NCBI GenBank assembly: GCA_019058315.1
Contig: JAHPZH010000008.1
Location: 96,001-160,000 of the forward strand
Reading direction: 5' to 3'
DNA length: 64,000 nucleotides
DNA from: Candidatus Helarchaeota archaeon
GTDB lineage: Archaea; Asgardarchaeota; Lokiarchaeia; Helarchaeales; RDOG01
Within the stretch, counting starts at the first letter, position 1; the number at the start of each line of letters is the position of its first letter. Below, in pieces: positions 40,143 through 49,529 of the stretch. The notes under the pieces were generated by a model, which saw nothing but the letters and a program-made list of their open reading frames with translations, ran no database searches and was not told the DNA's origin. A program made the position numbers and the translations under genes.

Positions 40143-41297
40143 TTATTTTCTCCCAATTCCAATATTAGTAATATGTTCCTTCCCATAGAATTCTTGTGAT
40201 GGTGTTTTATGGGTAATGTCTGTATAAATTCCATTTAATACTTCATCTTCAGTTAATCCCCATTCATAAGGCATAACCCTAGTACCTTTTGGGTAAACCC
40301 AATCGAACTCTTCCTTTTTAAACTTCTTCTTATTTTTTAAATCAGGAGGTGTGCAACCTAAAGTTTGTCTTGGAGTAGTCACGCCTCTCTCCTTCCAAGT
40401 TTTAATTAAAAAGTCCCAAAATTCTGGTACCTCTTCTCTAAAAAATTCCTGCATTTTTGGCTCAAACCCGTTAATAAATAATCTGTGAGATGTAAGTAAA
40501 CCTGCTAATTTCATTGTCCATTCGGGGCGTCCCATTGTAGTTAATACATTAAAAATTGGTGGCCAAGGCACGTAACAAAACCAAGGAATTGGACGCCCAT
40601 ATACTTTTTGAGCAACAATTCCATCCCATATACCTGCAAGAGAACTCCAGCTTGATGGTTCTGAAAACAAATTAATTGCTGCTGAAAACCAAACCATACA
40701 CATAGAATAAGCTGAATTTGCCCATTGCGGACTTCTTTCATTCCTAATATCTTTTAAAACGTCTAATATATAAAATCCTGCTTTAGTAAAATTCTTAGTA
40801 TTTTTAGGAATCTCACGAAGTCGCAAACCTCTTTTAATGTGCCTTCGCTCGAATACTTCATCATCGCTATAGAGATACCAATAATCTACAGGAACTCCAT
40901 CCTCCATATGACCATTTATAAGCATCTCTAACTCATAATTTGCATCATTTAAAACAATAAATGTTATATCAGTTGATTCACCATAAATGAGTTTTGTACT
41001 TCCCATTTGTAAATCAGATCTAACATATAAAACTGGAGGAAAAAACCACGTAGTTAATACATTTTCAGGATCTTTTATTTCACCACTCATGACTTTTTTA
41101 GCAGAATCAACTGCGATTTTAAATTTTTCATGCATAAATTCTGAACCACTATTCATGAATTTAACTTCTGGATCAGTTGTTTTTTCAGTCCAATACTCAT
41201 GTCCGAGTTCTTGAAATAATCTCCAAAGATGTTCCCCTAAAGGTATTAATGACTTTGAGGGAAAATCTTCTGGAATATCACCATAAGTGTGTACCAT
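40143..41297 (-). CDS. uncharacterised protein, family X paralogue A
   Basis: Shares FPP..RxDL, NxHMExGxPV, DExFxRRHxKxG, DxRNERxPQWA, PWP, PxQT, ITHK with 45306-46496 and 46552-47853. Confidence 0.85.
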   Translation of the reverse strand: MVHTYGDIPEDFPSKSLIPLGEHLWRLFQELGHEYWTEKTTDPEVKFMNSGSEFMHEKFKIAVDSAKKVMSGEIKDPENVLTTWFFPPVLYVRSDLQMGSTKLIYGESTDITFIVLNDANYELEMLINGHMEDGVPVDYWYLYSDDEVFERRHIKRGLRLREIPKNTKNFTKAGFYILDVLKDIRNERSPQWANSAYSMCMVWFSAAINLFSEPSSWSSLAGIWDGIVAQKVYGRPIPWFCYVPWPPIFNVLTTMGRPEWTMKLAGLLTSHRLFINGFEPKMQEFFREEVPEFWDFLIKTWKERGVTTPRQTLGCTPPDLKNKKKFKKEEFDWVYPKGTRVMPYEWGLTEDEVLNGIYTDITHKTPSQEFYGKEHITNIGIGRK

Positions 41298-41379
41298 AAA
41301 TTATCTTCCTCTAATTATTATTTCTGGTTTTATAATTGTTCGATAATTATTTGATTTTTATTTGAAATGGATAGTTCTT

Positions 41380-43347
41380 TTATAACTCACAGTGTTTTTT
41401 ATAATTCTCTTCCAATGATGGAGCATACGGAGGTTGTATATGGTAATCCACTGGTACAGATCTTGATTTTACTTGGTCATCTTCCTTCCAAATTACAATT
41501 AATTTTTTATCGTGTTCCTTATCTTTTTTTGGATAGTCTATTCTTATATGACCTAATCCCCAGTCGGTACCTTTTCTTAAAAGACTTGTATGTATTATTG
41601 TCTCCCCTACAGTAATTACGGTAAAACATTCTAATGCTCTGACCAATTCACGAGGATTTCTTGCATAAACTTGTTGTCCTTCAACATCTTTAATCTCTTT
41701 CAGCCATCGTAATCCCAATTTTAAAATATTTTCATGTTTAAACTCTCCGCAATATTCTTGCATCTTGACAGTAATTCCCATCATGAGCTCTTTCCATCCT
41801 ATTCCTTCTTCTCGATTAATAGGTGCATATACTCTAGCCTTCTCCATTTCAACTTGTTTCCTGTCGATTATTGGATCAGGTGCATTTAGTGCATATTTTA
41901 CAGCTATTCTACCCGCATATCTCCCAGTAGCTGCTGCTTGGCTGTGATCAAGACCACCCCATCCGTTCATTCCAGCTACGTATAGTCCTTCAAGGTTTGT
42001 TTTTAGATCCCAATCAAATAATAGACCACCACTACCTACAGATGGACCCCTGTATTGAGATGGAGGATCTCCCATAAACCAAGCTGGAAAAAGATAATGG
42101 TTAGGAGGATGAACAGGTACTTGAAGCAAGTCTTTTTCGGGATCAAATCCGGCTTCTGTGTAATTCTGATATACAGGTACGCGAGTTTTTCCTTCATTGC
42201 CAACCATGAGACCAAATATTACTCTTCGCTCAAGTTCTGGCATACTGGGTAAATCAGCATATAATGGTAATTTAACTTCACCTTTTTTTATCATGTTTGG
42301 TAAATTTGGTGTAATCATAGGAGCTGAATATTTCCATCTCATTTTATAGGGAAATATAGGCACACCTACAAGAGATAATTTTTGTTTTGATGCATTTAGA
42401 GATCGCTTTTCTACAGGTAAAGTTTTCATACTTCTATCTACCCATGGTATTTCCTTTCCATCAGCGTCTATTACTGTAGTAGGAAACCAAGTCTTTTCAT
42501 GAAAACCAGTTCCAAGGAAAGGAGACATAAATTGACCTGGATTATAAAAAGATCTTTCCATTAATGCTAACTCAGCTCCAGCATTCCAAGCAATAGAAAA
42601 CCCTTCTCCTGTACTATTTGGACAAAGCATAGACCAGCCCATTCCATTCCTATCGGTAGAAAAAACCCAAGGATTTGCAGCTATAGACATGCAAAGGATG
42701 GTGGCTTTTGCCTTGAAGATATAGAATTCCCCAGTTCTAGCATTTACACCTGTTGCACCGACTACTCTTGCTCCTTGCTTACCTCCTTCGGTTAAGAGGC
42801 TAGTAATCATAACTCTTTCATACATTGGGACTTTAAGACGCTTTAATTCATCATAATAATACTTCTTGATTTTAGCCCCTCCACGGACACGAACTATGAA
42901 TTTACTTTCATAATTATAAGCAAATAACATCTTTGATTCTTCATCTCTGAATGGAGCACCCTTGAATTCATCATCTACATCCCTTAAAGGAAGACCCCAT
43001 TTTTCCGCATCAAGTAGGCAATCATAACTTTCTTTACATTGAATGTATCGGGAGATTCCAGGATCAAAAACCGCTTCATCTGCTATAGCATTTGTCAGTT
43101 CTTCAGCTGAAACTTTACAAAATGGTGCAGTACAAGGAAAATTCCAGTGATCGACTCCAGCTCCACCAGAACCACTTGAAATTATAGGACCCTTATCGAC
43201 TAGAATTACCTTACTCCCTTTATTTGCGGCAGATATAGCTGCATAACACCCAGCAACTCCCCCACCTAAAACAAGGACATCTCCGATTACTTCATTTTCT
43301 TCACCATACTTAACAGGATATGGCCATTCTGGCAAATTTTCTTCCAT
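41380..43347 (-). CDS. AprA-like flavoprotein (SdhA/FrdA/AprA family)
   Basis: VLGGGVAG, SSGSGGAG, STGEG..AWNAGAEL, TNLEGLYVAG; helical C-terminal domain with RIDYP. Confidence 0.85.
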   Translation of the reverse strand: MEENLPEWPYPVKYGEENEVIGDVLVLGGGVAGCYAAISAANKGSKVILVDKGPIISSGSGGAGVDHWNFPCTAPFCKVSAEELTNAIADEAVFDPGISRYIQCKESYDCLLDAEKWGLPLRDVDDEFKGAPFRDEESKMLFAYNYESKFIVRVRGGAKIKKYYYDELKRLKVPMYERVMITSLLTEGGKQGARVVGATGVNARTGEFYIFKAKATILCMSIAANPWVFSTDRNGMGWSMLCPNSTGEGFSIAWNAGAELALMERSFYNPGQFMSPFLGTGFHEKTWFPTTVIDADGKEIPWVDRSMKTLPVEKRSLNASKQKLSLVGVPIFPYKMRWKYSAPMITPNLPNMIKKGEVKLPLYADLPSMPELERRVIFGLMVGNEGKTRVPVYQNYTEAGFDPEKDLLQVPVHPPNHYLFPAWFMGDPPSQYRGPSVGSGGLLFDWDLKTNLEGLYVAGMNGWGGLDHSQAAATGRYAGRIAVKYALNAPDPIIDRKQVEMEKARVYAPINREEGIGWKELMMGITVKMQEYCGEFKHENILKLGLRWLKEIKDVEGQQVYARNPRELVRALECFTVITVGETIIHTSLLRKGTDWGLGHIRIDYPKKDKEHDKKLIVIWKEDDQVKSRSVPVDYHIQPPYAPSLEENYKKHCEL

Positions 43348-43395
43348 ATTTTTTCACATTCTTCTAATTTTTAATAAAGATTTAATAGAAAATCT

Positions 43396-43734
43396 TCACC
43401 CAATAGGTGGTTTTCGTTTGTATTTTGGTGGGTTTTTCATTCCTACTCGAAAAAATTCTCCCGTATCTTTCCTTATCCAACCCACTTTTTGATTTAATGG
43501 ATGATAAAACTTGATGGCTCCTGGTCGTTGACAATATTGCACACAGTTTCCACAAAACCAGCATTCATCGGGATATAATACAATTGGAGGTTTTCCTTTA
43601 ACTGGATTTGGCATCAAAACATCCCTTCTACACACATCAACACATGTATTACAACCATTACAAATTTCTTGATTAAATTTTACAGGTTGGCATGGCATAG
43701 CGGGATTTGGAACCATATAGGCTTTATATTTCAT
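43396..43734 (-). CDS. AprB-like 2x[4Fe-4S] ferredoxin
   Basis: CNGCNTCVDVC and PDECWFCGNCVQYC (Trp after the Cys as in AprB); directly upstream of the AprA-like gene. Confidence 0.85.
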   Translation of the reverse strand: MKYKAYMVPNPAMPCQPVKFNQEICNGCNTCVDVCRRDVLMPNPVKGKPPIVLYPDECWFCGNCVQYCQRPGAIKFYHPLNQKVGWIRKDTGEFFRVGMKNPPKYKRKPPIG

Positions 43735-43841
43735 ATAGAAACAACACCGTTAATATTTTATATATAAAAAACGTTCAAGACTTCAGTTATTCAACCATAT
43801 TTATAAAAATTCACTTAAAAAACATAAATTAGCAATATCTA

Positions 43842-43870
43842 TATGATAATTTAGCCATTCAATTATCATA
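43842..43870. promoter_or_regulatory. perfect 10-9-10 inverted repeat, candidate operator
   Basis: TATGATAATT-tagccattc-AATTATCATA in the divergent region between aprB-like and the PadR gene. Confidence 0.5.
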
Positions 43871-44213
43871 CATTAGCAAATTTCAAAAATAATGAGTTAA
43901 AATGGTTGATTATAAAATGAATTGTGAGGATTGGCTAAATTTATGCATAAAATTTTACTTAGATTCTTCTAAAATTCGAAAAAATTAATACAATTCATAT
44001 CTTAAAATCCAATAAAATAGAATTTCGATATATAATTTTTTTCAATAGAAAAGATATTTTATTATTTAATTAAAATGATAGTTTAAATTTGAAATCTTTT
44101 AATTTTAAATGGAGTAAAATTTTTGGTGGAAAGGTGAATCTGTCACGAATATAACAAATATTGATGATTCTGATAGTTTCGATCGTATTGGATGGTTTCA
44201 AATTCAATTATTA

Positions 44214-45020
44214 TTGCAATTAGCATTTAAACCAAAATATGGATATGAAATAATTAATGACTTAAAATTAAATAATATAAATATTTCAACTGGTCAGATT
44301 TATCCCGCATTAAAGAAACTTGTGAATATAAATTACCTAAAAACTTTTTCTAAAAGGGGACGGGCTGCAAAAAGAAAATATTATCAAATAACAGATAAAG
44401 GATTAAATGCCCTTCAAAAAACCATTCGCTCAATTCTTATAAATCTTATACCAGTTATGTATTCTTTTTTAGGAGAGCTTAAAGATAGATTATTTAATAA
44501 ATATAAAATTAATAGGGGAGATGTAATATTCTTATATTCTTATCCAATAAAACAAGCTTTAATAGATTTAGCTCGATTGGTAGGAGACACAGGTAAATTA
44601 TTAATATCTGTCAATAATGATTTAACTCGTCAAACAATCCTGGATCTTGCGGTATTCTATAATTTTGAAAATGTTATCATACCAATTACAGTAAATGATG
44701 ACTTTAAACTTGGTTGTGAAAGGGGAATAGCAGATAAAGCTATATTGATGCTCTTTCAAAGAGAGAAAAAGATTGATTTGCTTTTAAAGGAGACTTTACA
44801 AGTTCTTAAACCAAAGGGGAAATTATTTTCACTTTCAACAAAATTAAATATATTTAGTGAGACCTTCTTAGCCTTTTTCGATTTCTTTGCTCTTCTAGAG
44901 TTCTTCAATGGTTACACAGAACATGAATTAAAAGCTTTATGTGAAAAGTTAGGATTAGATATTGAACAAACAGAAGATATTAAAAAAATAATTATAGTTG
45001 AAGCTAGAAAAAAGGATTAA
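44214..45020 (+). CDS. PadR-family regulator fused to a degenerate class I SAM-methyltransferase-like domain
   Basis: PKYGYEII, STGQIYPALKKL, RKYYQITDKG; C-terminal INRGDVI..LARLVGDTGK..ADKAIL..LKPKGKL. True N-terminus probably lies upstream (frame open to 44118). Confidence 0.8.
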   Translation: MQLAFKPKYGYEIINDLKLNNINISTGQIYPALKKLVNINYLKTFSKRGRAAKRKYYQITDKGLNALQKTIRSILINLIPVMYSFLGELKDRLFNKYKINRGDVIFLYSYPIKQALIDLARLVGDTGKLLISVNNDLTRQTILDLAVFYNFENVIIPITVNDDFKLGCERGIADKAILMLFQREKKIDLLLKETLQVLKPKGKLFSLSTKLNIFSETFLAFFDFFALLEFFNGYTEHELKALCEKLGLDIEQTEDIKKIIIVEARKKD

Positions 45021-45216
45021 TATTTCTAATTTGATTATTATAAATCTTTTTTGATAATTTAAATACACATTTTTTAATTATTTATAATATTATTACAATC
45101 GTTAGTGGTTTATCTCTATTTATATCATTATTATTTCGAAATTAAAACATTAGAATAATTTATCTATAGTTTGATTGTTATATTGCTAAAATAAGATAAT
45201 TAGATGAAAACATATA

Positions 45217-45252
45217 TTGTATAAGATACAAATTTAATATACGGATATATTA
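45217..45252. promoter_or_regulatory. two adjacent palindromes upstream of family X paralogue B
   Basis: TTGTAT-aag-ATACAA (45217-45231) and TAATATA-cgga-TATATTA (45235-45252). Confidence 0.35.
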
Positions 45253-45305
45253 TAAATTATTAAAATATTTATTCTTTAAAAATAACAAGTCCTGGAGGGA
45301 CTTGT

Positions 45306-46496
45306 ATGTCTAATAGTAAATATACTTATGGGGATTTACCGGATGACCTGATAACAAAACCCTATTTACCTCTTTCGCGTCACGCATGGAGATTATATCA
45401 AACCCTGGGTTATGAAGCTTTCATGGAAGAAATTTTACCTCGTATGGAAACTGATATAATTTATGATATGATGAAACTTAGGTTAGATGAGAGTATTTTT
45501 ACTGCAAGAGATGTATTAGATGGAGCCATTAAACATCCAGATAAAAGATTGGCGTGGATGATGTTTCCTCCCGTTATCCCATTACGTGCAGATTTAACTC
45601 AAGGTACAATGAAATTACTTTATGGAGATTCTCTTGATATGACCTTTTTTGCTTTAAAAGATCTTGATCAAGAATTGTTATTTTTATTAAACGGGCATAT
45701 GGAGAATGGTATTCCTGTGGATTGGTGGCTTGTGGGTCCAGATGATGAAATTTTTGAGCGACGCCATATAAAATATGGTTTTAAATTAAAAGATGCATTC
45801 AAACATTCAAAAGATATGACAAAATGTGGTTTCCAAGTTATGGATATCCTTCGCGATATTAGAAATGAACGTACTCCACAATGGGCAACGACTCCTTATT
45901 GCGTTTGCATGGTTTGGGCTACAGGTGTTATAGGATTTATGGTAGAATTGAGCATGTTCGAATTGGTTGGAATGATATGGGATGGAGTTGGAGCGAAAAG
46001 AGCATATGGACTTCCTGATCACTGGTTTGCATATATTCCATGGCCATCTATGGTTCGATTGTTATTATTCATGAATCGAGGGGAGTTTATACTTCGATTA
46101 GCGGGTCTTTTAAGTGGTAATCGGCTCTGCATAAACCATATAGAAGAAAGTTTATTGGATACAATCAAAGAAATGTTAGATGGAACTAATTTTTGGGAAG
46201 AAGCTTTTATTAATACAGCGAAACTTGGATTTCCTTGGCCATCCCAGACAATAACAGCTGAACCACCTAATCTTAAAAAGAAATCAGCCTATAAAAAAGA
46301 AGTATTTGATTGGAAATATACCAAAGAACGATGGTTAACTCCTGAAGATTTTGAAATGACATTCGAGGAGATAACTAGGGGTCTTCTTTTAAATATCTCT
46401 CATAAAACACAGCCATGGAGTGTCAACCCTAAAGATGAGATTATTTCCATCGGATGGGGAAGGGAGATTGAAGTTTTTCAAGATATTATATTATAA
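45306..46496 (+). CDS. uncharacterised protein, family X paralogue B
   Basis: GGAGG RBS; full-length alignment to paralogue A (NGHMENGIPVDWW, DDEIFERRHIKYG, DIRNERTPQWA). Confidence 0.85.
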   Translation: MSNSKYTYGDLPDDLITKPYLPLSRHAWRLYQTLGYEAFMEEILPRMETDIIYDMMKLRLDESIFTARDVLDGAIKHPDKRLAWMMFPPVIPLRADLTQGTMKLLYGDSLDMTFFALKDLDQELLFLLNGHMENGIPVDWWLVGPDDEIFERRHIKYGFKLKDAFKHSKDMTKCGFQVMDILRDIRNERTPQWATTPYCVCMVWATGVIGFMVELSMFELVGMIWDGVGAKRAYGLPDHWFAYIPWPSMVRLLLFMNRGEFILRLAGLLSGNRLCINHIEESLLDTIKEMLDGTNFWEEAFINTAKLGFPWPSQTITAEPPNLKKKSAYKKEVFDWKYTKERWLTPEDFEMTFEEITRGLLLNISHKTQPWSVNPKDEIISIGWGREIEVFQDIIL

Positions 46497-46551
46497 TTAG
46501 AATTTATTTTTAATTTAATTGAATAACATTATATTTGAAAATATTAGAACA

Positions 46552-47853
46552 TCAAGATTCCTTTTTATATTTGATGACTTTCTTGATTTTCTTAACCTTT
46601 CTTTTTAGTCTCTTCTTTCTTTTTTCATTTTCGATCCAACCTTCGGGTTTGAGATATTTTGTTTTCATCCCATGTCCAATAGAAACTATATTATCTCGTG
46701 TAAGTTTTTCTATTTTCGATTTATGAGTGATATTAAATAATATACCTGATAGTGCTTCATTGAATGAGAGGTCCAAATCTTCATAGAATACGCGAGGTCC
46801 GGGGGGATATTTAAAATCTAAGCTTTCCCATTCGTTAGTATCTGAATTAAATTTAGGAGGTATAGAGTTTAGCGTTTGAGTGGGGGTTGGAATGCCAATT
46901 TTTTTTAATTGATAACTATTAAGTAACAACATTCGGTCAAATTCTTCTGGATATTTTTTCTTTACAAATTCAAGCATATTTTCATTAATAGGCTGTAAAT
47001 ATAGTTGATTTCCACTTAACATTCTTGATAAAGAAACCAGCCAATCTTTTCGGCTTAAAGCAAAGAAAGTGTTAAGCATTGGAGGCCATGGTTCATACAT
47101 AAAGAGAGAGTGTGGAAGTTTATATGCATTTTTAGCATTCACACCATCATAAACTTGTCCTAAGGTATCCCAATTGGAGAATGGTGTGCCTGCTCCTGCC
47201 ATCATAAATACTAGGGAGACTGAATATGAAGAATGAGCCCATTGTGGTGTTCTCTCATTCCTTACATCCATCATAATATCTCTTACTCTGGCAGCAGCTA
47301 ATGCAATATCGGGGAATCTTTTAGGCATTTCTCTTAATTTATAACCCAATTTCAAGTGTCTTCGATTAAAAATTTCCTCATCTCCCGACGCCCACCACCA
47401 TTCTACTGGAAAACCATCCTCCATATGAATATTAAATAACATAAAAAGTTCCCGAGTTATATCATTAATTCCAATAAATGAAATATCATGAGATGGACCA
47501 TAAATCATTACTGAACTGGAAGAATGAAGATCAGCTCTAATGGTCAAATTAGGTGGAAATCCCCAATAAACCATGGTTTCAGCTTTTCTTTTAATTTTTC
47601 CCTCATCTAAAGCTTTTTCTAACTCGAGACCATCCTCCATTCGTTCAGCGAAAAGATTTCCTGATTCATCTGAAATACCTTCTCTTAATAAAAATTCAAA
47701 TTCATCCCATTCTATGAATTGTAGAGTCCAGAGTATGGAAGGTACGAGAGGAGTATATTTTTTAGTGTAGATATGATCTGGAATACTTTTATATGCCTCA
47801 GTAATTGTGCGTTTTGGCTTAAGTTCAGAAATATCTAAAGCTTCTAATATCAA
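46552..47853 (-). CDS. uncharacterised protein, family X paralogue C (with basic tail)
   Basis: NIHMEDGFPVEWW, DEEIFNRRHLKLG, DVRNERTPQWA, PWPP; Lys/Arg-rich C-terminal extension. Confidence 0.85.
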   Translation of the reverse strand: MILEALDISELKPKRTITEAYKSIPDHIYTKKYTPLVPSILWTLQFIEWDEFEFLLREGISDESGNLFAERMEDGLELEKALDEGKIKRKAETMVYWGFPPNLTIRADLHSSSSVMIYGPSHDISFIGINDITRELFMLFNIHMEDGFPVEWWWASGDEEIFNRRHLKLGYKLREMPKRFPDIALAAARVRDIMMDVRNERTPQWAHSSYSVSLVFMMAGAGTPFSNWDTLGQVYDGVNAKNAYKLPHSLFMYEPWPPMLNTFFALSRKDWLVSLSRMLSGNQLYLQPINENMLEFVKKKYPEEFDRMLLLNSYQLKKIGIPTPTQTLNSIPPKFNSDTNEWESLDFKYPPGPRVFYEDLDLSFNEALSGILFNITHKSKIEKLTRDNIVSIGHGMKTKYLKPEGWIENEKRKKRLKRKVKKIKKVIKYKKES

Positions 47854-48002
47854 ATCCTCAGCTCCAGTATTTTCAAAAAACCATTAAAAGAGCGAATTAT
47901 TTATTTAACTTAATATATTTAACAATATTCATAACAATCTAATTATTGATAAGAAATTATCACATTGTGGATAAAAATTTAAATTATTTACAGTGAGAAA
48001 AA

Positions 48003-49172
48003 TTGAAAGATCCCATTTCTCAAAAATTAAAATCAATACCAGTTTCTATTTTTAGTGTAATGACGAATTTAGCGAATAAACATAATGCTATTAATTTATC
48101 ACAAGGATTTCCAGATTTTCCAATGCCCGATTTTATTAAAGAGGCGGCTTACAAGGCAATTAAGGATGATAAAAATCAATATGCTCCCAGTATTGGCATT
48201 CCAGAATTAAGAAAGGAGTTAAGTAAAAAATATAAGACATTTTATAATTTAGATTACGATCCAAATAAAGAAATTACTGTTCTAACGGGTGCGACTGAAG
48301 CAATAACATCCGTTTTGTTGGGAATGCATGATCCTGGGGATGAAATAATAATTTTTGAACCTTATTATGACGCTTACATGGCAGTTTGCCAATTTAACGG
48401 GATTATCCCGAAAACTATCCCTCTTGATTATCCGAATTTCACTATCAATAAATCTAAATTAGAGGAAGCTTTTAGTTCTAAAACAAAATCAATTTTAATT
48501 AACACTCCTAATAATCCTACTACAAGAGTATTTAATAAAGAAGAATTGAGACTCATTGGTGATCTGGCTGTTGATCATGATGTTTTTATAATTACTGATG
48601 AAGTTTATGAGCATATAACATTCAATGGGAATCAACATATTCCAATTGCTTCATTTTCTGACATTCGTGACCGTGTTATAACGATTTCATCTTTTGCTAA
48701 AACTTTTAGTGCTACTGGTTGGAAAATTGGCTATGCTTTAGCTTCGGAAGAAGTTTCAAAAAGTATCAGATTATCACATCAATTCATAACTTTCTGTTCA
48801 GCAACACCTTTACAATATGCCTATGCTGAAGCTTTGAAAACAGATAGGTCATTTTACATCAATCTTCAAAATGAATATAAAAAAAGAAGAGATATTTTAA
48901 GCAAAGGTCTGGTTGATGTGGGATTTGAAACATTTCCGACTGAAGGAACTTATTATATTGTAGCAGATATTACCCCTTTCGGATTCAATGATGATATTAA
49001 GTTTTGCGAATTTTTAATAAAAGATATTGGAGTGGCAGCAATCCCTATGAGTGAATTCTACTCAAAACAATATAAAAGAAAAAATTTAGTTAGATTTTGT
49101 TTTTGTAAAAAAATTAAAAACTTGGAAATGGCAAATCAAAGGCTTCAAAAACTAAAAGAGTATGAATCCTGA
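48003..49172 (+). CDS. PLP-dependent class I aminotransferase (YbdL/kynurenine aminotransferase-like)
   Basis: INLSQGFPDF, GATEA, NTPNNPT, DEVYE, SFAKTFSATGWKIG, VRFCFCK. Confidence 0.92.
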   Translation: MKDPISQKLKSIPVSIFSVMTNLANKHNAINLSQGFPDFPMPDFIKEAAYKAIKDDKNQYAPSIGIPELRKELSKKYKTFYNLDYDPNKEITVLTGATEAITSVLLGMHDPGDEIIIFEPYYDAYMAVCQFNGIIPKTIPLDYPNFTINKSKLEEAFSSKTKSILINTPNNPTTRVFNKEELRLIGDLAVDHDVFIITDEVYEHITFNGNQHIPIASFSDIRDRVITISSFAKTFSATGWKIGYALASEEVSKSIRLSHQFITFCSATPLQYAYAEALKTDRSFYINLQNEYKKRRDILSKGLVDVGFETFPTEGTYYIVADITPFGFNDDIKFCEFLIKDIGVAAIPMSEFYSKQYKRKNLVRFCFCKKIKNLEMANQRLQKLKEYES

Positions 49173-49193
49173 TAATTTATAAAAATAAAATCT

Positions 49194-49529
49194 CTATTTT
49201 TGCCCATTCTCCTTTAATTGACGTCTTAGAACTTTCCCTGTTGCTCCTGTAGGAACTTCATCTAATATTACAATTTGTCTTGGATATTCATTTTCTGGTA
49301 AATGTTCTTTAACCCATTTTAATAGATCTATAGAAGTAATTTTCTCACGTGATTCTTCCTTCAAAGAGACATAAGCTTTAATTGAGTCTTCCCCATTTTC
49401 ATCCTTAATTCCAATTACAGCAGCTTGTAAGATATGTTTGTTTTTATATAATTTTTCTTCTATTTCTGCAGGATTTATAGAGTTTCCCTTAAAATTGATC
49501 ATTTCTACCATTATTCTTTCTCCATTCAT
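49194..49529 (-). CDS. stand-alone AMP-binding enzyme C-terminal subdomain
   Basis: INPAEIEE..AAVIG..KAYV..YPRQIV..PTGATGKVLRRQL; start 49529 or 49511. Confidence 0.8.
   Translation of the reverse strand: MNGERIMVEMINFKGNSINPAEIEEKLYKNKHILQAAVIGIKDENGEDSIKAYVSLKEESREKITSIDLLKWVKEHLPENEYPRQIVILDEVPTGATGKVLRRQLKENGQK

Noticed and set aside
41380-43734. Evidence of dissimilatory sulfate reduction
   Set aside because: No sat/qmo/dsr in the window; AprA-like paralogues occur widely in non-sulfate reducers.
46500-46554. Selenocysteine read-through at TGA stops (also 25992, 31479, 49172)
   Set aside because: The TGAs fall at natural protein ends, not at Cys-equivalent positions, and downstream frames close quickly.
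40143-47853. Family X as CrtC/AttH/tocopherol-cyclase-like because of H..EWW
   Set aside because: Spacing differs and the rest looks largely helical rather than beta-barrel; too weak to support.
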